DNA of 64,000 nt, from contig JAYZKD010000007.1 in the NCBI GenBank assembly GCA_036163815.1, positions 305 to 64,304 of the forward strand, given 5' to 3'. How positions within the stretch are numbered: position 1 is the stretch's first letter; each line of letters begins with the position of its first letter. Position numbers and translations under genes: made by a program. This document shows positions 41,020 through 51,227 of this stretch, one piece after another. Source of the stretch: Pseudomonadota bacterium. GTDB taxonomy: Bacteria; Pseudomonadota; Alphaproteobacteria; MED-G09. The notes under the pieces were generated by a model, which searched no databases, was not told the origin of the DNA, and was given only the letters and a program-made list of their open reading frames with translations.

Positions 41020-42180
41020 ATGCGAAAAAATAGTAAAATATCAATTTCCATAGAAAATTCTTTAAAAGAAATAAGTAAAAAAGAATGGGATAATTGCGCA
41101 AATCCTAATTCTAATGATTACAACCCATTTGTTAGTTATAATTTTCTAAGGTCACTAGAAAAAAGTAATTCAGTTAATGGTAATAGCGGATGGTATCCCT
41201 CATATTTTGTTGCAAAAGATACAGATAATAAAATAGTTGGATGTATTCCTTCTTACCTCAAATATAATTCTTCAGGAGAATATGTATTTGATTATTCATG
41301 GGCTGAGGCCTATCAAAGAATAGGAAGGTCCTATTATCCAAAATTACAAATATCCATTCCCTTTACACCTGTAACCGCGCCAAAATTACTAACTTTTAAA
41401 AGTAAAGATCAAGATGTTAAAAAAGCACTTTTATATGGAATAGAAAACTTTTGTAAAAATAACTCGCTATCTTCAGCACATTTAACTTTCTTAACTAAAA
41501 AAGATCTTGAATTAATTAAGCATCAAGGCTGGTTAATTAGGACTGATCAACAATTTCATTGGTATAATGATAATTACAGAGATTTCGAAGATTTTTTAGA
41601 TGCTTTATCATCTAGAAAACGAAAAAATATTCGAAAAGAAAGAGATGAGGCTAATAAAAAAGGTATAGAAATTGAAATATTAAGTGATTCAAATATCACA
41701 GAGAATCATTGGGATCACTTTTATAATTTCTATTTAAATACAAGCATGAGAAAATGGGGGCAACCTTATCTTGAAAGAGAATTTTTTAGTCTAGTTGGAA
41801 GTACTTTATCTAAAGATATTCTTTTGATAATGGCAAAATATAATAAAAAATATATCGCCGGTGCATTAAATTTCTTAGGGAGTAAAACAATATTTGGAAG
41901 AAATTGGGGTTGTATAGAGGATCATAAAAATCTACATTTTGAACTTTGTTATTATAGAGCCATTGAGTATGCGATAAAAAATAAATATACTAAAGTTGAA
42001 GCAGGCGCTCAAGGTGCTCATAAGATATCAAGAGGATACAAACCATCAGCGACATATTCTGCTCACTGGATAAAAGATATTGATTTTTCTGAGGCAATAT
42101 CAAATTATTTGAAAGATGAGAAACAATATATTCAACGAAATATTGATGAATTAAACGAATACATTCCATTCAAGAGGTAA
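41020..42180 (+). CDS. DUF482/COG3146 GNAT-fold (FemAB-like) protein
   Basis: 386 aa. NPFVSYNFLRSLEKS, GWYPSYF, SSRKRKNIRKER, YYRAIEYAI motifs as I recall them for this family. Abuts the ridA-like stop. Confidence 0.65.
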   Translation: MRKNSKISISIENSLKEISKKEWDNCANPNSNDYNPFVSYNFLRSLEKSNSVNGNSGWYPSYFVAKDTDNKIVGCIPSYLKYNSSGEYVFDYSWAEAYQRIGRSYYPKLQISIPFTPVTAPKLLTFKSKDQDVKKALLYGIENFCKNNSLSSAHLTFLTKKDLELIKHQGWLIRTDQQFHWYNDNYRDFEDFLDALSSRKRKNIRKERDEANKKGIEIEILSDSNITENHWDHFYNFYLNTSMRKWGQPYLEREFFSLVGSTLSKDILLIMAKYNKKYIAGALNFLGSKTIFGRNWGCIEDHKNLHFELCYYRAIEYAIKNKYTKVEAGAQGAHKISRGYKPSATYSAHWIKDIDFSEAISNYLKDEKQYIQRNIDELNEYIPFKR

Positions 42181-42186
42181 AATAAT

Positions 42187-42609
42187 ATGACTTATGATAA
42201 TAATAATATTTTCGCAAAAATTCTTAGAGGCGAAGCTGAGTGCATAAAAGTTTTAGAGAATTCTAAGATTTTGGCGTTTATGGATGTAATGCCTCAAGCT
42301 CCAGGGCATACTTTAATAATCCCAAAATATGAGACTTCCGATCTACTGAATCTTCCTGAAAAGTATATGCAGCCAATGCTAAAAGCCACACAAGAAATAG
42401 CCATTGCTGTAAAAAAAGTTTACGACCCTACGGGTGTAATGATTATGCAGCTAAATGGCGCAGATGCAGGCCAAACAGTCTTCCATTTACATTTTCATGT
42501 GATCCAAAGAAGCAAAGGTTTGGAATATAAGTTCCATGCAAGAGAGATTGAGAGTATGGATAAATTGAAATCTGAAGCTGAAAAAATTAGGATAGCCCTT
42601 AAAAATTAG
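42187..42609 (+). CDS. HIT-family (histidine triad) nucleotide hydrolase
   Basis: IFAKILRGE N-terminus and HLHFHVI triad. 140 aa. Confidence 0.9.
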   Translation: MTYDNNNIFAKILRGEAECIKVLENSKILAFMDVMPQAPGHTLIIPKYETSDLLNLPEKYMQPMLKATQEIAIAVKKVYDPTGVMIMQLNGADAGQTVFHLHFHVIQRSKGLEYKFHAREIESMDKLKSEAEKIRIALKN

Positions 42610-44894
42610 CTTTCAATCTTTTGTTCTTTTTTATTTTTAGTTTTTTTAAAAGGTTTAAAGTCAAAAATTAATTTCTTATCTTTCAAATCAACTCTGATGT
42701 TACCTCCATTTGATAATTTTCCGTATAAAATCTCTTCTGCTATTGGTTTCTTTATTTTTTCTTGAATAAGTCTACTAAGTGGTCTAGCTCCCATATTTTC
42801 GTCATAACCTTCTTTTCCTATCCATAGGGCGGCTTTTTCTGAGATTTCAATGAACACATTCTTGTTATCTAATTGAGATTCTAGTTCAAGAATAAATTTT
42901 TCTACCACTCTAGCTATTACTTTATCCGGTAAAGAATTAAAGGAAACTATAGCGTCTAACCTATTTCTAAATTCAGGATTAAACAAACGATCTATAGCCT
43001 CAACATCATCACCTTCCCTTTTATCTCTATTAAAACCTAGAGCAGGTTTGGCTAAGTCAGAAGCTCCAGCATTAGTAGTTAAGATAATTATCGTATTTCT
43101 AAAATCTACTTTTCTACCATTTTGATCTGTTAAAGTACCATAATCCATTATTTGAAGTAGGATATTAAATATATCTGGATGTGCTTTCTCAATTTCATCC
43201 AAAAGAATTACTGAATAAGGATTCTTATCTACACCGTCAGTTAGTAAACCTCCTTGATCAAAACCAACATAACCAGGAGGGGCGCCAATAAGACGGGAAA
43301 CAGTATGTCTTTCCATGTATTCTGTCATATCAAACCTTAATAATTCTACTCCAAGCGTTACCGAAAGTTGTTTTGCAAGTTCTGTTTTTCCTACTCCAGT
43401 AGGACCAGTAAATAAATATGAACCAATAGGTTTTTGAACTTCCCTCAATCCTGCTCTAGATAACCTTATTGAAGTTGATATTTCATCAATAGCTTTATCC
43501 TGTCCAAAAACCATTCTTTTCAAAGATTTATCTAAATCTTTCAGTTTCTTAGTATCATCTCTTGATATATTTCTTGAAGGTATCTTTGCCATTCTTGAAA
43601 TTGTTTCTTCGATATCTTTTTCGGTTATAGATTTCTTTGATTTTGGAGAAATTATTTTCTTAGCCGCACCCGTTTCATCAATAACATCAATGGCCTTATC
43701 TGGTAATTTTTTATCATTCATATATCTGGAGGATAATTCCACAGCACATTTTATTGACTCATCAGAATATTTAAATCCATGAAATTCTTCAAATCTGGAT
43801 TTAAGACCCAATAAAATCTTAATTGTATCTTCCACACTAGGCTCATCAACATCTATCTTTTGGAATCTCCTTGAAAGAGCTCTATCTTTATCAAAAAATT
43901 GTCTAAATTCTTTATATGTTGTTGAACCAACACATCTCATATTTTGGTTTTGAAGGTATGGTTTTAATAAATTCGATGCATCCATAGCTCCACCAGAAGT
44001 CGCTCCAGCGCCAATAACAGTATGAATTTCATCAATAAATAATATAGAATTGTCAATATTTTCAATCTCTTTTAAAACAGCTTTTATTCTTTCTTCGAAG
44101 TCACCTCTATATCTTGTACCAGCTAGCAATGCCCCCATATCAAGAGAGTATATTGTTGATGATTTAATTACTGAAGGCACTTCCTCATAAACAATTCTAT
44201 ATGCTAAACCCTCAACAATTGCAGTTTTGCCAACACCTGGATCTCCAACCAACAAAGGATTATTTTTTCTTCTTCTACATAGAATCTGAATTAACCTTAT
44301 TACTTCATCATCTCTACCAATTAGGGGGTCAATTAATTGATTTTTTGCCTTCTCATTCAAATTTTCACAAAATGCTTCTAATGGACTTCTCTTTTTTTCA
44401 GAATCAATTTGCTCCTCATTTATATCTTCAGAAATATTAATAGAAGTATAATCCTCATCCTTCCTTATTCCATGCGAAAGAAATTGAACAGCATCATATC
44501 TTGACATTTCTTGCTTTTCTAAGAGATAAACTGAATAACTTTCTTGTTGAGAGAATATAGCAACTATAACATTAGCCCCAGTTACTTCATTTTTTCCGGA
44601 TTGTTGAACATGAATTGCAGCTCTTGTAATAACCGTACGATAACCTGCGGTAGGTTCTGGCAACTGATCTTCACTAGGAAGAACAAGATATTTCTGCTCA
44701 TCAATAAATTGAATTAAGTCTCTCTTTAATTGTATTATATCGACTCTACATGCTTTTAATAAATTAACGGCATCGGTATCCTGTAACAATGCTAATAATA
44801 AATGTTCCACTGTAACATGTTCATGTTTATTCTTAGCTGCATAGTCAATTGAGCGTTGCAGAGACTCTTCAAGGCTATGGGAAAACCCTGACAT
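42606..44894 (-). CDS. clpA: ATP-dependent Clp protease ATP-binding subunit ClpA
   Basis: N-domain [12 protein letters not shown] and two Walker A loops ([18 protein letters not shown]). The start at 44894 ([12 protein letters not shown]) is preferred over the ORF-track start at 44918. Confidence 0.95.
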   Translation of the reverse strand: MSGFSHSLEESLQRSIDYAAKNKHEHVTVEHLLLALLQDTDAVNLLKACRVDIIQLKRDLIQFIDEQKYLVLPSEDQLPEPTAGYRTVITRAAIHVQQSGKNEVTGANVIVAIFSQQESYSVYLLEKQEMSRYDAVQFLSHGIRKDEDYTSINISEDINEEQIDSEKKRSPLEAFCENLNEKAKNQLIDPLIGRDDEVIRLIQILCRRRKNNPLLVGDPGVGKTAIVEGLAYRIVYEEVPSVIKSSTIYSLDMGALLAGTRYRGDFEERIKAVLKEIENIDNSILFIDEIHTVIGAGATSGGAMDASNLLKPYLQNQNMRCVGSTTYKEFRQFFDKDRALSRRFQKIDVDEPSVEDTIKILLGLKSRFEEFHGFKYSDESIKCAVELSSRYMNDKKLPDKAIDVIDETGAAKKIISPKSKKSITEKDIEETISRMAKIPSRNISRDDTKKLKDLDKSLKRMVFGQDKAIDEISTSIRLSRAGLREVQKPIGSYLFTGPTGVGKTELAKQLSVTLGVELLRFDMTEYMERHTVSRLIGAPPGYVGFDQGGLLTDGVDKNPYSVILLDEIEKAHPDIFNILLQIMDYGTLTDQNGRKVDFRNTIIILTTNAGASDLAKPALGFNRDKREGDDVEAIDRLFNPEFRNRLDAIVSFNSLPDKVIARVVEKFILELESQLDNKNVFIEISEKAALWIGKEGYDENMGARPLSRLIQEKIKKPIAEEILYGKLSNGGNIRVDLKDKKLIFDFKPFKKTKNKKEQKIES

Positions 44895-44896
44895 GG

Positions 44897-45217
44897 TTAG
44901 GCTTTTTCCATTGTACATTGTAAAGGGTGATCATTTTTTTTGGCAGTTTCTAATACTTGAATAACTTTTGTTTCAGCTATTTCATAAGGAAATACTCCAC
45001 AAACCCCTACACCATTTTGATGAACATGTAACATGATCTTGGTAGCCTCATCATTATTCTTATGAAATAACTTCTGCAGCAAGAAGACTACAAATTCCAT
45101 AGGAGTATAGTCATCATTCAGAAGTAAAACTTTGTAAAGAGAGGGTTTCTTTAACTTTTCTTTAGTTTCAAGCTTAGTATCTTTATCAAAATCAACAAAT
45201 TTATCTTCTTTAGACAT
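44897..45217 (-). CDS. clpS: ClpS N-degron adaptor
   Basis: [27 protein letters not shown] motifs. 106 aa. Confidence 0.95.
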   Translation of the reverse strand: MSKEDKFVDFDKDTKLETKEKLKKPSLYKVLLLNDDYTPMEFVVFLLQKLFHKNNDEATKIMLHVHQNGVGVCGVFPYEIAETKVIQVLETAKKNDHPLQCTMEKA

Positions 45218-45233
45218 TTGCTTCTAAATTCTC

Positions 45234-45677
45234 CTATTTATCCCTCAATAAAACATCCCTTGCTTTATTGATCTTAGCACTTAAGTAATCGGATCCACCT
45301 TTATCTGGATGGTTTTTTTCTATTAGTTTCTTATGTGCAGTTATAATATCATCTTTCGTTGCGTTGAAATCAAGACCTAAAATATCTAATGCCTCATTTT
45401 TATCTAGAAATACTTCTTCCTTTTTATTTTTAGCAAATGAATTATAAAGACTTAATATTGTTTTTAGTCTTGTTAACCACAATGATATAGCTAATAGGGG
45501 CCCTGATAAATAATAAAACCCCCTAAACAAAAGCAAAATAGCAGTAATTAAAAAGATTATACCAAAAAATATTTTCAAAAAACTCTGAAACCTTCTTGAA
45601 TCTATTGATGTAATATATCTAACTAAAATAATTAAAATTATCAGAGAAGTTAATCCATAAATGAAATATATCATCAT
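45234..45677 (-). CDS. Membrane-anchored J-domain protein (Pam18/Tim14- or DjlA-like architecture)
   Basis: 2-3 N-terminal TM helices, then a C-terminal J domain ALDILGLDFNATKDDIITAHKKLIEKNHPDKGGS. 147 aa. Confidence 0.75.
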   Translation of the reverse strand: MMIYFIYGLTSLIILIILVRYITSIDSRRFQSFLKIFFGIIFLITAILLLFRGFYYLSGPLLAISLWLTRLKTILSLYNSFAKNKKEEVFLDKNEALDILGLDFNATKDDIITAHKKLIEKNHPDKGGSDYLSAKINKARDVLLRDK

Positions 45678-46096
45678 ACTAGTCCTAATTTACTTAATTC
45701 AGAAAAAAGCTCTTCATCTTCTTTTTTATGTTCGTTTCGCTTATAAATCTTAATATCATTTGGGGTATCTTTAACTTTTAAATACCTCCACCCCTGGAAA
45801 GGTCTTTCCTTTTTATGTGCAGTTAATACGATATCTTCAGATAAAGTAATTTTGCACCTTCTTATAGAATCCTGTCCAACATAGACATCAATATTCTTAA
45901 TTAGTTGCCTCGCTTTAATAAAGCCTTTGAATACCCAAAAAATAGACCCACCATCCATTAATTCTGCATACTGTTTAGGAAACATCCTTGTTATATGAAT
46001 TGTTTCGCCATGTTTTTCTCTTATTGAATTCTGCCTCTCATATAAATCTTCAATTTCTTTAGCACCAACGCATAATTTTTTAAGATGAATAGTCAT
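45674..46096 (-). CDS. DUF1489-family protein (alphaproteobacterial, unknown function)
   Basis: MTIHLKKLCVGAKEIEDL...ITRMFPK...GGSIFWVFKGFIKARQ pattern. The Met at 46096 gives an ATGA overlap with the kelch gene. The ORF-track N-terminal extension to 46180 looks spurious. Confidence 0.65.
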   Translation of the reverse strand: MTIHLKKLCVGAKEIEDLYERQNSIREKHGETIHITRMFPKQYAELMDGGSIFWVFKGFIKARQLIKNIDVYVGQDSIRRCKITLSEDIVLTAHKKERPFQGWRYLKVKDTPNDIKIYKRNEHKKEDEELFSELSKLGLV

Positions 46097-47037
46097 TTTT
46101 CTTGATAAATTTCTACTACATCTGTGGGAGAAAAAAGAGAGAAAATTCCAGGACTGATGGCGCCACCTATAAGAAACCATTTTCCTTCAAAAAATGCAGA
46201 TGACATATCATGTCTTGGGGTTGGGAGTGACTCTTTAGTAATCCACCTGTCATTAACAAATGAAAAGTGATTATCATAAGTCTTGTTTGGGTTAAGTAGC
46301 TTTCCTCCTACAACATGAAGATTATTGCCAATTTGCTGCACTGAAGGTGATGCTACATCCAATGGATAATTTTCATATTTTTCCCATTTATCAAGTTTTG
46401 GGTCATAAATTATGAATTCATTTATTATTTTTCCTGATTGAATTCTTATACCTCCAATTATAGCTATCTTTTTGTCAAATGCTGCAAATCCTGACGAATA
46501 AACAGGATTTAAAAACTTGGAGAAATTATACTCCCAATTTCTTGAAATAAGATCATAAGACATTACAGTTTCGGGTTTTTCACCTAACCCGCCTAATATA
46601 TAAATCTTTTTATCAATCTTAACCATAATATGTTCAGCTCTTGCATAAGGCATAGGATTAATTTCTGCCCAATTAGATAAAATATCATCGTAAATCCAAC
46701 ATTTATTAGTTATTTTTTTTCCATCGTGACCGCCGCATAGGAATATATTTGTTCCAAAATTAACAATTCTAAAACTATGAAGCTCCTTGGGAAAAATGCT
46801 TATCGGTCGCCATATTTGACCTTCGATATCAAAAATCTCTGAAAGTGGATTATTACCAATTATACTCTTACCTCCAATAACAATTATGTTTTTATTTATA
46901 ATGGCAGCCGATGTTCCACTTTTTGCTTTAGGCAGAGGTATTCCTTCTTCCCACTTCGAGTAACTAGCGCTAGGAAAGGAAAAAAATAAAAAGATAAAGA
47001 AAACGCATATAAATATTTTTTTTAAAATTATAAACAC
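46093..47037 (-). CDS. Secreted Kelch-repeat beta-propeller protein
   Basis: Signal peptide MFIILKKIFICVFFIFLFFSFPSASYS. Repeated hhhhGG...W units (IIVIGGK, IFLCGGHDG, IYILGGLG, IAIIGGI, LHVVGGK, WFLIGGA). Confidence 0.7.
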   Translation of the reverse strand: MFIILKKIFICVFFIFLFFSFPSASYSKWEEGIPLPKAKSGTSAAIINKNIIVIGGKSIIGNNPLSEIFDIEGQIWRPISIFPKELHSFRIVNFGTNIFLCGGHDGKKITNKCWIYDDILSNWAEINPMPYARAEHIMVKIDKKIYILGGLGEKPETVMSYDLISRNWEYNFSKFLNPVYSSGFAAFDKKIAIIGGIRIQSGKIINEFIIYDPKLDKWEKYENYPLDVASPSVQQIGNNLHVVGGKLLNPNKTYDNHFSFVNDRWITKESLPTPRHDMSSAFFEGKWFLIGGAISPGIFSLFSPTDVVEIYQEK

Positions 47038-47046
47038 TAAGAAAAC

Positions 47047-48423
47047 CTAAACAAGTAACCATGCAGCTAGTCCTAGGAAGCTAAAAAATCCCACTACATC
47101 AGTTATTGTTGTTAAAAATACAGTAGAAGCTACAGCTGGGTCAATTCCTACTTTATATAAACCTAATGGAATTAATATTCCCGACAAACCTGCAATTAAC
47201 ATATTAACTATCATTGCTACAGCAAGAACTATGCCTAAAGGAATATCATTAAACCAAAAGGCGCCTAGGAAACCAATTATTATTGCAAAAGATACACCAT
47301 TATAAAAACTCACTAATATTTCTTTATTAATTATTCTTTTATAGTTAAGTGGAACTAAATCTCTTGTAGATAACGATCTTACAGCAATTGTAAGTGTTTG
47401 TGTTCCTGCATTTCCACCCATTGAGGCCACAATTGGCATTAAAATAGCTAATGCAACCATTTCTTCTATAGTGCCATCAAATATAGAAATAACTATTGAG
47501 GCAAGTATAGCGGTCAATAAATTTATAAATAGCCATGAAAACCTACCTCTAGAAACTCGAAGTACATTATCTGTAATATTTTCATCTCCAACGCCTCCAA
47601 GAAATTTAATGTCTTCTCCGGCTTCATCTTGAATTACATCAACAATATCATCAGCAGTTATAACGCCTATTAATCGACCATTTTCATCAATTACAGGAGC
47701 CGATACCAAATCAAATCTTTCAAATTCATGTGCCACCATCTCCTTATCCATTTCCGCCGAAATTGTAACAAAATGATTGGATTTTAAGTCTTCTAATTTA
47801 TCTTCTCTATTCGATTTAAGAATACTGGACAATGATAAAGTTGCTACTGGTTTAAATAATGGATCTATTAGGTAAATTTCATAAAATTCACCTGGTAAAT
47901 CACTACTTTCTCTAAAAAAATCTATAGCCTCACCAACATTCCAATGAGGGGGAGAAGAAACAAAGTCAAGACTCATCAATCTACCTGCACTATCTTCAGG
48001 ATAATTAAGAGCCAGTTGAAGTTCCTCTCGATCGCTTTGAGGAATATTTTGTAGAATTAAATCTTTTTCTTCTTCTTTTAAATCTTCAATGACATGAACT
48101 GCATCGTCAGTTTCTAATTCTGGTAATAGATTAGCTACAAAATTGTATCCTAAATATTTTATTATCTCTTCTCGAACAACATCTTCTAAAACAGATAATG
48201 TTTCCGGATTAAACCCTTCTTTAATTAAATTAATAAATGATTTTCTTTCCGAAGACTTAAGTAAATTTATAATATCTGCAACATCTGAAGGAGGAAGCTT
48301 CTTGATTATATTCAAAACTGTTTCTTTATCCCCAACATCAACTGAAGACATTATTTTTGAAACAAGCGAAGGGTCAAATTGATCTTTAAAGGTCGTTATA
48401 TTTTCATTAATTCCTTCATTCAT
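47047..48423 (-). CDS. mgtE: Magnesium transporter MgtE
   Basis: N-domain, CBS pair, and TM domain with PIVASMGGNAGTQT. 458 aa. Confidence 0.95.
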   Translation of the reverse strand: MNEGINENITTFKDQFDPSLVSKIMSSVDVGDKETVLNIIKKLPPSDVADIINLLKSSERKSFINLIKEGFNPETLSVLEDVVREEIIKYLGYNFVANLLPELETDDAVHVIEDLKEEEKDLILQNIPQSDREELQLALNYPEDSAGRLMSLDFVSSPPHWNVGEAIDFFRESSDLPGEFYEIYLIDPLFKPVATLSLSSILKSNREDKLEDLKSNHFVTISAEMDKEMVAHEFERFDLVSAPVIDENGRLIGVITADDIVDVIQDEAGEDIKFLGGVGDENITDNVLRVSRGRFSWLFINLLTAILASIVISIFDGTIEEMVALAILMPIVASMGGNAGTQTLTIAVRSLSTRDLVPLNYKRIINKEILVSFYNGVSFAIIIGFLGAFWFNDIPLGIVLAVAMIVNMLIAGLSGILIPLGLYKVGIDPAVASTVFLTTITDVVGFFSFLGLAAWLLV

Positions 48424-48439
48424 GTCCTTGTTTCCTTTT

Positions 48440-48526
48440 TGGTGCGGCCGAGAAGACTCGAACTTCCACGGGTTTTACCCCACAGCGACCTCAACGCTGC
48501 GCGTCTACCAGTTCCGCCACGGCCGC
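48440..48526 (-). tRNA. tRNA-Leu (anticodon GAG), CCA encoded
   Basis: Minus strand reads GCGGCCGTGGCGGAACTGGTAGACGCGCAGCGTTGAGGTCGCTGTGGGGTAAAACCCGTGGAAGTTCGAGTCTTCTCGGCCGCACCA. Acceptor GCGGCCG/CGGCCGC, anticodon stem-loop CAGCG-TTGAGGT-CGCTG, long variable arm. Confidence 0.95.
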
Positions 48527-48603
48527 AAAATAACAAACATACTTATATCAATTGTTAATAATGGATTGTAAAATAATTAACAAATTAATAAATTAATATT
48601 GTC

Positions 48604-49266
48604 ATGAATAATAATGAAATAGAATATTTTCTTGAAAATAATTATATAGATTATCCTTCTTCAATTAGTTTCATGGAAAAAAAAGTTGAAGATATTTATA
48701 AAAATAGATGCAAAGAATTTCTATGGTTCTTAGAACATGAAGATATTTATACAGCAGGAACAAGCTCCAAATCAAAGGACCTGTTAGATCCAAATAAATT
48801 TAAAGTTTATAAAACAAATCGTGGCGGTCAATTTACTTATCATGGACCCGGTCAACGAATTGTATATGTAATGCTAGATTTACGAAAAAAAGGCTATGAT
48901 ATTAGAGGATTTGTAACCTTATTAGAAAACTGGATTATTTCATCACTTAAAACGATAGGAATTAGCGCAACAAATGATAAAGATCATGTAGGGATTTGGG
49001 TTAAAGAAAAGAACAAGTTGAATAAGATATCATCAATAGGCCTAAGGGTTAGAAAAGGAATCACTTTTCATGGTGTTAGCATCAACATAAATCCTAATTT
49101 AGATAATTTTAAAGGTATTAATCCTTGTGGAAAAAATTCTTCGGCAGTTACTAGTATTTATAAATTAGGTCTAGATAGGAAAATAAAAGAATTTGATAAT
49201 ATTTTAATAGACAATTTTAAAAAGACTTTTAAGGCTAAACTTACGGCTAAAAAAACTCTAAAATAA
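48604..49266 (+). CDS. lipB: Octanoyltransferase LipB
   Basis: NRGGQFTYHGPGQ motif, KISSIGLRV (catalytic Lys region). 220 aa. Confidence 0.9.
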   Translation: MNNNEIEYFLENNYIDYPSSISFMEKKVEDIYKNRCKEFLWFLEHEDIYTAGTSSKSKDLLDPNKFKVYKTNRGGQFTYHGPGQRIVYVMLDLRKKGYDIRGFVTLLENWIISSLKTIGISATNDKDHVGIWVKEKNKLNKISSIGLRVRKGITFHGVSININPNLDNFKGINPCGKNSSAVTSIYKLGLDRKIKEFDNILIDNFKKTFKAKLTAKKTLK

Positions 49267-51220
49267 CTTGATCCGATGAGAGGCTATCACCATTTTCACA
49301 ATGTATTTTCTTAACTTTTCCAGATAATTCAGCTCTTATAATGTTTTCCATTTTCATTGCTTCTATAGTGCATAGTTTATCTCCACTCTCAACTTCCTGA
49401 TTCTCAACTACATCAATAGAAACAACCAATCCAGGCATCGGGCATTTAACTATTTTATCATTTGATTGAGACTCTTTTTTAATCATATATTTAGATAAGT
49501 CATAAGCTTTCTTACTTAAAACCTTTAAATCAGATGAATACCCATATCCGCTTATATTATATCCATTAATCAATTTCATAACTTTAAAGACATATTCCTT
49601 ATTATTTATATTTATGTGAGTAATAGGGTTTCCTGAGCGATAATCAGAATCAACTGTGATTAAGTCTTCATTATACTCAATTATTAAATTATCTTGTCTA
49701 TCATATGTCTTCAGCTCATAAGTAAAATCCTCTACTAAAACAATTAGAGATTTTTCATGAAATTGATTTTTACTTTTACTATTTCTTGTCCGAAATTCAT
49801 CTAAGGTATGAAGATAGGCGCCTGCAATACAGAATAATAAAGCAAATTCACTTGTATCTATTTTAGGATCATATCCTTCAGGATATTCATTATCTATAAA
49901 TCCAGTGGTAATTTCTCCTTTTATAAAATTTTGATTCCTAATAATTGAAGTTAAAAAATTAATATTGTTTTTTATTCCTTCTATATAATGGTTATTTAAC
50001 GCTTTTTCCATTTTTTCCAAAGCTTCATTTCTATTTTTAGCGTACGAACATAATTTTGAGATCATTGGATCGTAGTAAATTGGTATTTCACCACCTTCAT
50101 AAACACCTGTATCATTTCTAATACCATCAATTTCATTAGGAACTTTATAAGAATTTAATCGGCCAGTCGAAGGCATAAAATTTCTTTCAGGGTCTTCTGC
50201 ATAAATTCTTGATTCAATAGCCCAACCATCAAATTCAATATCATCTTGTTTAATTTTAAGCTCTTCACCTCCAGCTATTCTTATCATTTCCTCAACTAAA
50301 TCAATTCCTGTAACAAGTTCAGTTACTGGATGTTCAACTTGGAGACGTGTATTCATCTCCAAAAAATAAAAATTTTTGTTCTGATCTACTATAAACTCAA
50401 CCGTACCTGCGCTTGTATATTTAATTGAGGAAGCTAATCTTTTTGCCTGTTCTCCCATCTCAACTCTTAAATTACTATCAACAAAAGGACTTGGGGATTC
50501 TTCAATAATTTTTTGATTTCTTCTTTGAACAGAACATTCCCTTTCTCCAAGATGTATTACATTTCCATGAATATCAGCAAGGATTTGAATCTCAATATGT
50601 CTGGGTTGCTCAATAAACTTTTCGATAAATATTCTATCATCGCCAAAACTTGACTTTGCCTCATTAACAGAAGAATTAAACGCTTCAGTAACCTCCCCTT
50701 TGTCTCTTGCTATCCTCATTCCTTTTCCGCCTCCTCCTGCTGAAGCTTTTATCATTACAGGAAAACCAATCTCTTCAGAAATTGTTACGGCGTCTTTGGG
50801 GTCACTAATAATTTGTTGATGTCCGGGAATAATATTTACACCAGCTTTCTCAGCAAAGATCTTAGATTCGATTTTATCGCCCATAACTCTTATAGGTTCA
50901 GAAGGTGGGCCAATAAAAGTAATCCCCTCTCTCTCAAGTTGATTTGCAAAAGAATAGTTCTCTGAAAGGAAACCATATCCTGGGTGAACTGCATCAGCAT
51001 CAGTTTTTTTACAAGCCGAAACAATATTATCTGAAAGTAAATAAGATTCAGACGAAGGTGCTGATCCTATATTAATAGCTTCATCAGCCAATCTAACATG
51101 TAGAGATCTACTATCAGCATCAGAATAAACAGCAACAGTAGAAATACCTAACTTCTTGCATGTTTTTATAATTCTACAAGCGATCTCGCCCCTGTTTGCT
51201 ATTAGCAGTTTGTTAAACAT
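49247..51220 (-). CDS. pccA: Propionyl-CoA carboxylase alpha subunit (biotin carboxylase + BCCP)
   Basis: ATP-grasp MIKASAGGGGKGMR, biotinylation site EAMKMEN. Adjacent to a PccB-type carboxyltransferase. Confidence 0.85.
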   Translation of the reverse strand: MFNKLLIANRGEIACRIIKTCKKLGISTVAVYSDADSRSLHVRLADEAINIGSAPSSESYLLSDNIVSACKKTDADAVHPGYGFLSENYSFANQLEREGITFIGPPSEPIRVMGDKIESKIFAEKAGVNIIPGHQQIISDPKDAVTISEEIGFPVMIKASAGGGGKGMRIARDKGEVTEAFNSSVNEAKSSFGDDRIFIEKFIEQPRHIEIQILADIHGNVIHLGERECSVQRRNQKIIEESPSPFVDSNLRVEMGEQAKRLASSIKYTSAGTVEFIVDQNKNFYFLEMNTRLQVEHPVTELVTGIDLVEEMIRIAGGEELKIKQDDIEFDGWAIESRIYAEDPERNFMPSTGRLNSYKVPNEIDGIRNDTGVYEGGEIPIYYDPMISKLCSYAKNRNEALEKMEKALNNHYIEGIKNNINFLTSIIRNQNFIKGEITTGFIDNEYPEGYDPKIDTSEFALLFCIAGAYLHTLDEFRTRNSKSKNQFHEKSLIVLVEDFTYELKTYDRQDNLIIEYNEDLITVDSDYRSGNPITHININNKEYVFKVMKLINGYNISGYGYSSDLKVLSKKAYDLSKYMIKKESQSNDKIVKCPMPGLVVSIDVVENQEVESGDKLCTIEAMKMENIIRAELSGKVKKIHCENGDSLSSDQVILEFF

Positions 51221-51227
51221 TATTTAC

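Noticed and set aside
45674-46180. N-terminal extensions in the ORF track for DUF1489 (to 46180), plsY (34565), the SBP (54585), clpA (44918) and msrB (19548).
   Set aside because: Each extension overlaps the neighbouring gene or precedes an obvious signal peptide or conserved N-terminus. Internal Met codons give the family-typical N-termini and tidy ATGA or short-gap junctions.
48552-48583. 8-bp inverted repeat TTGTTAAT-N16-ATTAACAA between tRNA-Leu and lipB.
   Set aside because: It is short and all A/T-rich with a long spacer. Such a repeat is expected by chance in this composition.
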